Assembly (NCBI GenBank): GCA_025786725.1
Contig: JAHLTZ010000062.1
Coordinates: forward strand, 9,556 to 73,555
Direction of reading: 5' to 3'
From: Syncephalis fuscata S228
Taxonomy: Eukaryota > Fungi > Zoopagomycota
Length of the DNA: 64,000 nucleotides
The position numbers and the translations under genes were made by a program. Under the pieces are notes generated by a model, which saw only the letters and a list, made by a program, of their open reading frames with translations, had not been told where the DNA came from and ran no database searches. Shown here in pieces: positions 52,708 through 64,000 of the stretch; the stretch's first letter is position 1, and each line of letters starts with the position of its first letter.

Positions 52708-53248
52708 TCCATTGCATTTATACTCCATTTAATCGCCCACACTATTATAAATACTTAATACACTGGCTAAACATTAAATAAACAACTTTTCTGCTTCCAT
52801 TACTTTTAGTTTACTTTCAAATTTATACAGTGAGAATTTTGTTTTAAATTGCGAATAAAACTATTTATTGGTAAAAAAGGCACTAAAATATGCTTTAATA
52901 ATTTTATTAACTTAAATATCAACGCTCTGACTAAGCACCTCTATTACTCTCTCTCCTATTTTGGTTGCTTGGCAAACATTACAAAATCATAAACCTGATT
53001 TTGCAACAATATGTGAAGGTACTGTACCATTGAAAATGCACAATAAACACTATTATTTATAGCAAAAGTTAATTACAACATAACGTATTTTATTAGTTTT
53101 AGTTATAAGCAATAATTAATACTGCATCATCTGACTAAGAATAGACTTGATTGTGCTAAAATGAATAATAATCAGGTGTGTCATGTATATAAATGATTCT
53201 AAATATCATTTGTTTCATTTTCATATATTTTTTCTTTACTTGACTACT

Positions 53249-54560
53249 ATGAATAGAATTTATAAATTACTTGGTACGCGTACTGCTTTACGGCCAGTGC
53301 AACAACAGTTAAGTAATCTACGATTATGCGCTCGGCCAACACTTTACAATCGAGCTGTATCTTTCCCCGTGACGTCATACGGTCAACGATCCATCCATTT
53401 TGATACAACAACACCTAACGCTGACGGTCTATTTCGACGCCACCGCACACTACTGCTTACCGTACTTATCGGTGGCAGTATAGGACTGGTCGTGGCACGT
53501 CCATTCATCATTAACGCTTGGAATTACCCACGCGATGTACGACAGACACTACGCCAGGCACTACTTCACGAAAAACACTTACATAAACCCGAAATAGCCA
53601 TCCGTTTGTACCGCAAAGCTTGGCAACAAGCACAAGCAGCCGGTATGAATATGGCCGGCCCATCAGCCACGGGTATTCTTATTGCACTAGGTGGCCTACT
53701 CGAGCAGCAGTATAACGAGCATCCTGATACCTCCCATTGGCGCCAAGAAGCCATTCAAGTATACAAGACGGCATTTGAAACAATTTTGCATCTACCACCA
53801 CCACCCTCATCAGCATCGTCGTCGTCGTCGTCGTCGACAGAGACTTATGAACATGCACATCATGGTGCAGAATCTACTTGGGAGCGACTAACAGATGGTC
53901 AAAAACAACGTTTACTTGGCCTGTCTCAGAAACTTGGCGATCTTTATGCTATGGATCGTGATGACGATGAAGCAGCCGAACGCTACTATGCATGGTCATT
54001 AATGCATGTTATGCGCGCCAGTCAAAAACCTACTACCAATACTAATGATACACTAATGCAACTGCCTAAATGGACCAATAATACAGATTTTGCTGCCTGT
54101 CTTGAAACATTGGCAAGATTTTACTCAGAACGTGGCCTTTATGCGCGAGCTATACCGATCTACGAACTAACACTACGTCGTTTACCTATTGCATCAGATG
54201 ATTGTCGCGTTAGCAGCATACTTTGTCACTTGGCCGATGCAGCCGTTGGTGTAGGCAATCTAGTAAAAGCCAAACAATGTACCGAACAAGGTTTGCAAGT
54301 AGCACGCCGTGGACGAGGCGGTCTCTGTCAGACTATGCGAGGTGCTCTTTTATTCAATCGAGCACTTATACTACATGTAAGCCATTGTGCTATATAATAT
54401 AATATAGTTTAATATAACGCTTTATTAGATGCAAGGTGATGAAATCGGCGCCAAAATAGCCTTTACAGAAGCCGAGAAATTCGCCAATTATTACGGAGAC
54501 GAATCGGTAGCTGAGGCATGTCGACAGGCCCGTATTCAAACACCAATACTACCAAATTAA
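53249..54560 (+). CDS. Mitochondrial single-TM TPR-like protein (Mgr3-like), intron ~54377-54428
   Basis: Presequence, TM LLLTVLIGGSIGLVVA, YPRDVRQTLRQAL, helical repeats KLGDLY, LETLARFYSERGLYARAIPIY. Confidence 0.7.
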
Positions 54561-54598
54561 TACGGAGAAGCATGGAGGCCCTCTACGTAGTGATCACG

Positions 54599-55350
54599 TC
54601 ACTCCTGTTCCAATTCAACTAAAACGCCGCCACAATCCTTTGGGTGTAAAAAGACTACCGGCTTATTATGCGCACCAATTTTTGGCTCACTTGATAGTGT
54701 GCGTATACCTTGTGCACTAACCGACTTCATAGCCTCTTCGATATTATTAACCTAAGAATAGTGGCATATTAATAAACAATAAACCAATAAACCAATAAAC
54801 CAATAAACTTACTTCAATACAAATATGATGCATGCCACCCATTTTATTTTTACTTAAAAAGTTGCCTATTGGACTGTTGTCACCTAGTGGATGCAACAGT
54901 TCAAGTTTTGTATTGCCTAGATTAACAAACACGGTTGTAACGCCATGTTCGGGCAATGCCTAAACATAACATATGAATAGCAACACCACGTCAGTACTAT
55001 GGATTGTAACTACGCTATAGAGATCGACTGACCTGTGGTTCGCTTATTTCGGCGCCCAGTACTTGCTTATAGAAAGCCGATGCTTGTACCAAATCAGGCA
55101 CGGCAATAGCCACATGATTAAGTCGACCAAGTTGCCATAGCTTCTTATCCTAGATTGTACGGAATGAGTTATAACAACAGTCTAATAAAAGACACCAACA
55201 ACTTACGACTTGGCTAGTTATTGAACGTTGAATGACGCCGCCCGGCTTTTTATACGGTGCTGTTACTGTAGGTAATTGCAATGCCATAGATCTACCACTC
55301 AGTGTACTAGTGGCCTTATAAGCACGTAGAGTTGTTCGATACAGTGACAT
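54599..55350 (-). CDS. MCEE: Methylmalonyl-CoA epimerase, mitochondrial (4 exons)
   Basis: LGRLNHVAIAVPDL, LPEHGVTTVFVNLGNTKLELLHPLG, GGMHHICIEV, IGAHNKPVVFLHPKDCGGVLVELEQ. Confidence 0.95.
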
Positions 55351-57615
55351 ATTGATAAGTGGTGGTGGTGGTGAGTCGGGTACCTGACAATGTCGGTTAT
55401 TGTTGTTATTGTATTTGGACTAATACGTAGAAACGTGTGAAATAAAGCACAAGAATAAAGAGACGATCCGTGTCTATTTCTATTCATCAGGCCATCACTA
55501 ATTAGGACAATATGGATGTGATGTATTTAGCTTTGTATTCACTTGTCCTCTCTTTCTCTCTATAGAAATAAATAGAGATAGAGAGTCTATAGAGAATGAC
55601 ACTCCTTGGCCTGTGTGTGTGCCCCTGTGTTTCTCCATAATACTTGTAATAATTAAATAACAACCATAACTTTTTTAGTTGTAATCCTGTTTCATGTGGA
55701 ACGAACGAAAAATACCACGCGCTATCAAAGGAAACAACATTGAACCGCATCGTATTAGCAAAAGTAGCAGTAGTAGCCACAGTAACAGCAATAGTATCTA
55801 CTATAACCACAACAACACGCGCTAGCATAGTCAAACTAAGCCAGACGATGGCCTTGGTCGCCGCTATAGTCCCTTTCGCTCTTTCTATCTCGTGCTCTTT
55901 CTATTCCTCTCTCTCTCTCTATTTTACCATCTTTAAACCTCTTTATATTATTAATAACAACAACAATAATACACTTATATATTCGTCTACTCTAATACTT
56001 GTCATTATTATCCCCTTTCCCCTTGCTTTCAGACCTTGGACGTATAATAGTTGGTTGGTTAATAGTTAGTTAGTTAGTTAGTTAGTTGTTACTACTGCTA
56101 ATACTATTGTCGCTGTTATTGTTGTTACTGCTATTGCTACTATTGCCACCTCTTTCAATCTTTATTCACCGTATCGTATCTGTCTAACTCACTCACTCAC
56201 TTACAGCATTGACACTATACACACACACCACTATACAACTTCTACTACTACAATATTACAGATATAGCTGGTGTCGTTATTACTTTGGTACCCTTTATGC
56301 TATTGTGCTGTTGCAGGAAACACGGCAGTACGCTAGTTTATACGGTCATATAGACACGAATTCACTTTATTCATTCCGCAGTAGGTAAGTTACAGCGAAT
56401 AGAAAGACGGTCAAGGTGTGGTCACTTGACTTGGACAGTGAGCAGGCGCAGTGGTTGCCCCCAATCATTGATTCACTATGAATAGTTGCTATTTCTATTA
56501 TGGCTATGACTACTTGCCTGCATGATGGCTTGTCCATGCACGAAGTACTGCTTGTAGTGGCGGTGGAGGTGTTTGCCGTGCCACTTTCAAGCTTATCTTT
56601 ATCGCTTGGTACACACACAAACCATCAGCCAATATAAAGACCCTATGCAACAGTATGTCATCAAAGCTATATCTCCGCTTCAATCTACATCCATATAATT
56701 TGTGTGTAATATATTCATTAGAATTATTACACTCGCTCATTCACTATTTCACTCTAAACATTTAACATTTAGTCCATCCACCGTTGATGCTCCTTATGTT
56801 GTCACTTTTTCTTTCTTCTCTCAACTCACACTCCTTGTTTACTGCGTATTCCCTCACTCTCTCACTCTAGCTACTCTAACATACTCGGGTTACTTTGAAT
56901 ATATACAATATATTAACTGTAGTCTTCCATCCGACCACACACACTAAAACCACTACAACGCATACGTTTCTTACTGTTCTTTGCTCCTTGTTGTCGTTGT
57001 CGTTGTCGTTGCTGTTTACTTTGTCTGCATCTGAATTCGGCTACAAGCGGGTATTTTCAGTCTCTACTGAATTCTTTCGCTTTATTCAATTTCAATTCGT
57101 TTCTTTCGCTTACTTTCTACTACTTATCGTTCAATATCGCTACAATCATAACAACATCGCTTTGACGCCATTCCTGTCCACGCATATATCCACATTGTTA
57201 GTAACTACCATCTTTCCACTACTACCACTACTACTACACTTCCATCGCGACTAGCACCACAGCATCTGCATTTCTTTTATTTCAACACACGTTTGGCAGA
57301 TAGAACTGCGGTGCTTGTTCAAACAGTGCTGTGTCCACACTCAATTGATTAAAGACTAAATTCAATAGGTCTTTCTACACAAGCGTGCACGTATATACAC
57401 GCAGTCAAGCGTATACACGTGGGCACGTGTCTGTTTGTCTTACCATCTATTTGAGATTGGTTATCGTCGTTGTTGTCGTTGGTGCCTAATCGACTAACTT
57501 TTACTTATTGCTTATCTTATATTACCGATAGGTGGTATCAATCCACTGTCCTACTGCGCAGGCCTATACCACATCATTCAAGCTGATTGCTCTCTTCTAA
57601 GCAGTCTTCTACATC

Positions 57616-60600
57616 ATGGTTGATCCAAAACCCGTCCAAGTTGGCTCTAAAAAAGAGCTGGAGCTTGAAATAGCCAAAATAGTGAAATTATTTAAAGAAA
57701 AAGAGTCTGAGGACAATTGGGAGCGACGCGATAAAGCACTAATGCAAGTACGCGGTTTAATACGCGGCGGTGTACACGAAGAGTATGGCGAAGTATTTAT
57801 GCAAGGATTCCATCAATTACTTGACGGTATCGTTGAAACGGTAAGTAGATCAGTTGTATAGTTATAAAATAGCTTATAAATGATAATAATATATAATATA
57901 TATATAATATATAATATAATAGATTCATAGTCTACGTACTTCTTTAGTGGCCACCGTTCTAGGACTGATCAATGAACTGTCACAAGCACTCAACACGTCA
58001 ATTGACCCAAAAGTAGAGCTTTTACTACAAAACTTGCTTAAAGCATGTGCATCAGCGAAAAAGTTAATATCACAAAGTGCCACTCACACCACCAATGAAT
58101 TACTTCGTAACACATCGTATCATGTACGTAATTTGAATTCCATCCATCTAGCTGTGATGGATAAAAATGGACAGTTACGTACCTGTGCTATGTCGTTTAT
58201 CAAAACTATACTTGAAGCACATGGCCAGAGTCGCTATGATGCTATTACACGCTCTGGCGGTGCCGAAATCATAGATAAATGTTTACGTAAAGGTGTGGCC
58301 GATGCTACACCAGCAGCAAGAGAAATTAGCCGCGATGTATATGTCTTATTTTGGGAGTTATGGCAAGATCGTGCACAAGCGTAAGTATTTTATTAATAAG
58401 CCATTAATAGTATAATTGAGTTAATATTTAATGAACAATTAGTATACTTAATTCGGTAGATTCATCAACAAAAAAGCAACTTATTCGCCATTTGGGCAAA
58501 CTATATACAGCATCTACTCAAGGCATTACCGTTTCAAACCGTGCATCCTTACGACCAGCATCTCGTGCAGCCAATAATGCTGGCAGCAATGGCAATACAA
58601 AGAACCGTGCCGCATCATCTCTTGGCAAGCACGTATTGACGGTAACGACATCAGAGGATATGCCAATACCCGCTAGTCCAACTAGAGCCAGACCACACAC
58701 ACCATCGAGTAAAAGCATGCGATCTGGACGTCCTGGCACGCCATCATCGTCGATTGTATCACCGCCATTGTCGCCACGTCGACCACCATCTCGTATGTCG
58801 GCCTCTAGTTCTAATGAGAGCCGATCACGATCACCAGTTGGTCCACGTCGCGCTCAGCACGGATCGCGGGCCAGTGTCATTTCGCCACAGCCACCTTTGT
58901 CGCCGACTGGCCTTTCATCGTCAGCAGCACGCCGTCTTTCTGTATCGCCGCCACCAGGCCGTCAAGTTAGTGCCACACGTTCCTCATCACCAGGCGGCAA
59001 TAAACGGCCCATGTCACCAACTGCCATAGGAAGGCGTAGCCAGTCAGTTGCCTCGCATAGAACGGGCCTTCAAGCGGCTCGTCGTCCTGGCTCATCACTA
59101 GGCCATCGTCGTTTACCGCTGATCGATCAGCTTAAACACACAGACTGGCGTGTTAAAGTAGAGGGCCTTATTGAAATGACCCATATGATTCAAGCGGATG
59201 GTTCATCCTATGAAGCACTTGTAGAGGCAAAGGCCCTTCCAGTAGCACAAATACTTGCCCCAGTACTGCTTGGTCTCTTCACTGATGCTAATGCTGATGT
59301 GGTAAGACGGTAGTAATGCCAGAGCATGTTGATGCCATTATACAGATTGTGCCATTGGAGCAAATTATTTCTCGTGTCATTAGTATTGAGACAGCGAGCG
59401 AGCTGCTGCTAGCGGTTCAGGTAGAGGTGGTGGTGGTAAAATGACCCCACTTAAACGTTTGAAACATAGTTTGGGCGATTACTTTGTAGCTCCAGCTCTG
59501 TGTCGGTGCTTAGTATCGGGCGGTGCAGCTGGTATGGCCGCGGCAAAGAAATCAGGCAGCACCGCGGTAATGAGTGCCGCTGGACGGCGTAAAGTCATTG
59601 CCGGCGTTGTTGCATGGATGAAAGAGATTTCCGAGCGAGTTATTGACGAAAATAACGGCGAAATTGGCTATGAAGCAAAGTGCTACTTTGCCGATATGTC
59701 CAACTTTAAACTCTATCTTACCCGTCTCTTCCCATTGTTGTCGACCACATCGACGACATCTCATACTTATGAGGATCTAGCCGATTTGATTAACAATTTA
59801 CGCGAAGTCAATCATGTGCTATTTGAACAAGTTCTATATAGTTTTGATGCGGCTGTTGTAGCCGATGTGGAAGTGGTTACCGGTCTTGATGTAGCACGAC
59901 AACTTGAAGAGGAAGAAGAAGGCTACTATGACGACGATCCAGAAATTGGTATGCCTACTCAAGCACGACATGGTATTGAAGTCGGTGAAGAAGATGGCGT
60001 ATACGATGATGGCGAATATGATGAATATGACGCCGATGCTATGGGTGTCTATGATGCAGATCATTATGATGGTGTCAATGAACACGATCTACACGAAGTA
60101 AGTCATTAATAATACAATAATATATTATATAATAACCATGATTATAATGATTTAGTTTGATAATTCAATGGCCAATTTATCACTTAATCAATCATCATCA
60201 CACCAGCTTAATAATGGTAATCTAAATTTACAAGAGACTGCATCAGCAGGATCGACAGCAAAACATCGAGGCATGGCCACTAGTTCACATGATATGGCTG
60301 TACCACTTACACCGCCCAAAGGACGTCCAATTACTAATGGATATGGTGCAATGGTGCTACAACTACAACAACTTCACCACATCCACCACTTAGAATATCA
60401 ACCAATTTAGGACAGGATGCAACTGGGCTATTACACCGTAATGACCGTAAGTTTTTGTAACAATATAGATGGATAATATACTTATCAGCAATGTTTAGCA
60501 CTGTCAGTAACATCGCCTTTACCAGCCGGTGCTTCTGAAAAGATTGATCTTCTACAACGTGGACTGACTCAACTACACTCTGGATGTGCCGATAGTCTAA

Positions 60601-61442
60601 TGTTCCGTAAGCTAATTCGTTTAGCAAAGGAAACATCGCCAGAAGTAGATCCACTGCTTACCAATTCGGTCTGGGGTATTAATGGTGAAGGATTTAGTGC
60701 CTTAGTAACTGAATCAATTACTTATCTAGAGAATGAAAAGGTAAGTTATTATAATATTGGTATATTTGTACTTAGATTGTGTTATTATAGGATGTGGCTA
60801 AGAAAGAATACTGCATTTTGCTGGTTAAACAGCTACTACACTGTGAGTCAACACTACTAGGCGTGGATGCTAATGCACTACTCCGCCAATTAATGGCCTG
60901 TCGTGTTGATGATTCACACTCGGTGTGCAGTGCAGCTGAAGAAGCACTCGATGTATTTGTATCTCTAACCAACTATCAAGTATGTATTGATGCATTGATT
61001 CATCTACTTGAAGGTTGTGCTGCTCATGTTGCTTTATCAGCCGACGAAGAACATCATACAGCTGATGCCAATGCCATTAATTTCCGTTCTCTGTTTGGTT
61101 TAAAATCAAATCCATTAGCTAGTGGGTTTATGTTATTCTCCAAACTGTTACAACGATCGGAAAGTAACATTCTAACCTCCGAGATTATTGCCAAAGTGGT
61201 CGGACTTGCCACCGAGGTAAGTAGAATTAAATGTGTACACACACATATATATGTACTTTTATTAAATCTATGGGTAGGGACTTAATAATCATACGCCAGA
61301 GGTGCGTAAATCGGCCGTTGATCTTATTGTAGCGCTACATTCAATTCAAGGAGACCAACTCGATGTTTATTTAACAAACTTGTCAGTACCACAACGCAAA
61401 TTGGTTGCCGTCTACATTAGTCGTAGTCAGGCAGTACGATAG
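57616..61442 (+). CDS. STU1: CLASP/Stu1 microtubule-associated protein, multi-exon
   Basis: CLASP_N KESEDNWERRDKAL, SLRTSL, SAKKLISQ, DATPAAREISR; S/R/P-rich linker; C-terminal HEAT PEVRKSAV..QRKLVAVYI. Confidence 0.85.
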
Positions 61443-61847
61443 TCATCGTTATTGTTATTTTTATTATTATTATCTTTATTATTACTCCACTACCACCACT
61501 ATTATAATAGGATTAATAATGACTATCGTAGATTACGAGTAATTACATGAATAGTTATCATGTCTACTAATTACTTGTAATCTCTGTGTAAATAACCACC
61601 ACCATCACCACCATACAAATAGCCATAATATAAAAAACCAAGAATAATAGTAATAGTAATAATAAGCCATTATCATTAGGATTATTGTTTAATTGTCTAG
61701 CTATCATTCGTTGCATGCTTATCATGATTCGTCTATATTAAAAAAGAGGACTTATATATTTATTGTTGTGCACTTTGTATTTTATGTATCTATATAAATA
61801 GCGATATGTATAGGTATATGTGTATTTATTTCATTTTAGTTACCAAT

Positions 61848-64000
61848 TCATTCCGGTGCAGCTGGTTCGCGTGATACGGATCGTGTCTATTACGTAGTAT
61901 GCATTATTGGTCTATATTAATACAACTGTTACATTAAATAGTTACCTTTAACTTTGCAATATACTTTTCAAATACTTGAATACGTTCCTCTTCTGACTCC
62001 ATAGCTAAAAATGAGCTTTTATTCTCCACCCGTGGTCGTACCTAAATACATTCATTACACACCATATATATATATATTAGTTAATCTGTATTCTATATAG
62101 ATAGATAGAGAAAGATGTTACCTCATCCCAACAAGCAGTTGATTCGAGACGTGGCTCTAAATGGCGCAATGATGATTTAAAATGATCTTCACGCTTTTGC
62201 TTGTTACGCTCTTTGCGTCGTTGTGTTTCCTCCTCTTTACGGAATGCCTTTTCATGTAACTAAATAATAATCCAATATGCATTTATACATATATATATAT
62301 ATCGTGTCAATAAATACATCTACTATAACACAGTCATTGCTTGTATACCTGTTCTGTTATATAGGCAATATCGGCGTCACACCGATCACCAATATATTTA
62401 TCGGGAATCAATTGACGAATATCGTTAAGAGACATATTGCCGGCAATCTGTATCTGTCTCTCCTACATGTAAATAGTTAGATTTAGCGAATAAACTAATT
62501 TATACACAACCTACTTTTAAATCAGTTTCAATCTTCTTACGGATGGCATACAACTCTTCGTAAACATCCTCAACCAAATCCCAAAACAATTCAATGGGAC
62601 CCGATCCAGGCTGTCCAAGTATATCGATGTATCGGCTATCGTCTTTAATATAGGGGTAGAACTCTTGCCAGCGAGATTTAGCATCAATTTTGCCTTGTTT
62701 CCGATGCTCGCCCAGTAATTCCTAGAAATACATCAGCCAGCTGATCATTGCCATTGTGTCTATGGCTTACTTTGAATGCTGCTCGTCGTACGCGTTCTTG
62801 ACGACGCATTTCATCACGATTCGTTTGTACGTCAGTAAACTGCTTCTTCTCTAATGCCAACACATGTTCTTCAAATACATCCAACATATGCAATCTGTCC
62901 AGTGCTAGAAGTGTTGGATTGGTTTGATATTCGGTATTCTCTTCAAGTGCCGAAAGTACTTGGCTCCAACGTGTAGTGGCCGTCACATCGGGTAGATTTT
63001 CCAATAGTTTCTTGAATTGCTTTTTGCCTTCGGTACGAGCTGTATCTTCACGTTTCTATAAACTATTAGTATGCAGCTATCTATCTAGCACGGCTACTTA
63101 CTACACGCTGAGTTAATAGCTTGGCAACATACTCGCCAAAGTATTCCTCTCGTTCAGATTTTGGAATATCCGCCAACTCTGGTGCCGCCTCAATTATCTG
63201 ACCATATTTTCTATATTAACCAACCATTAGTTATAGACGACGTATTGGTGCAGTTACCTACCGCCATGTAGAAAATACATTAAATCCTTCAATGCTTGTT
63301 AGATACTTCTCCATCATTAAACGGCGTCTCTCATGTTCAGCATCACGTTGTTCCTACGTATTAATAGTCAATGGTGTCTGTATGAATGGACGCGCAATAG
63401 TTACCTGTTCTTCACGGCGCAATTTATCTATATAGATATGGAAGCATTCCTTACGTTCCTTTAGTGTAGGAATGGCTCGATATTCTGGATAATTAACGGC
63501 TGCCGTCATCGTCTGTTCCCAGGTCCACGTCGGATTGACGCCCTATTGGCAAGTAGTGTTGAGTTAATCAATTGTAATAACACTGTTGATTACTTATAAC
63601 AACTTACAATGCGTTGCAGTACACGCTCAAAAGCCTCTTCAGCTGATTTTGGTGGTGGTAAATTCGACACATCCCGTGGTGTTGCCATTGGTTCTGCCAC
63701 TGATGCTGGTTTATCACCCACCTGTGTTGACACAAGTTGTGTCGATTGCACTGATCTCTGTTACTGTACATAGACACATATTATATACATATACATATAC
63801 ATATAAATGTTTAATAAATAATATCTAATTAATAAATATAATACTTACGCTGCATTGGCCTCTTCTAAATACACACCACACATACATTATTCATTTATCA
63901 GTATACTACTTTCTTTGTTTACACTTTAACTGTAATATTATTTACCTGCTACCAATTCATTTGGTTTAGTCCAAGTGGTCTCTTTAGTGATTTGTTGTAC
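61848..64000 (-). CDS. PRP40: Pre-mRNA processing factor Prp40 (WW and FF domains), 5' end outside the window
   Basis: WW tail TKETTWTKP at the window edge; FF repeats VNPTWTWEQTM, TTRWSQV, LGQPGSGPIELFWD, ERIQVFEKYI. Confidence 0.88.

Noticed and set aside
1-64000. CRISPR arrays, tRNA/rRNA genes, intact transposases
   Set aside because: No repeat-spacer periodicity, cloverleaf or T-loop motifs, or RT/integrase/DDE motifs seen by eye; tRNAscan-SE and Infernal would confirm

Overview
Eukaryotic, AT-rich, intron-dense (mostly ~45-70 nt introns) fungal genomic DNA. The gene content (Kv-type K+ channel, methylmalonyl-CoA epimerase, an expanded orphan 7TM family with an HPLGE motif) points to a non-Dikarya fungus; my inference is Zoopagomycota, Syncephalis-like. 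Recognisable genes: fused urease, stomatin-like SPFH protein, HD-domain nucleotidase, voltage-gated K+ channel, Ste50-like SAM-RA adaptor, C2/Munc13-homology protein, atypical septin, calcineurin B, Sdh5, Msn2/4-like C2H2 factor, ubiquitin-UBL-AN1 fusion, AP-3 mu, Vti1, Hsp110/Sse1, a TPR protein, MCEE, CLASP/Stu1 and a partial Prp40. The most novel part is four paralogues of an orphan GPCR-like 7TM family (one near 2-3 kb, a tandem trio at 47.5-51.7 kb including one decayed copy). They share an intron position (GC-AG in one copy) and an upstream AAAACCGGTTTT-like palindrome, and two of them have a ~65-nt structured dispersed element ~0.9 kb upstream. Many conserved genes carry single-base frameshifts that look like assembly indels. 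No rRNA, tRNA or CRISPR array was seen. Exon boundaries were read by eye.
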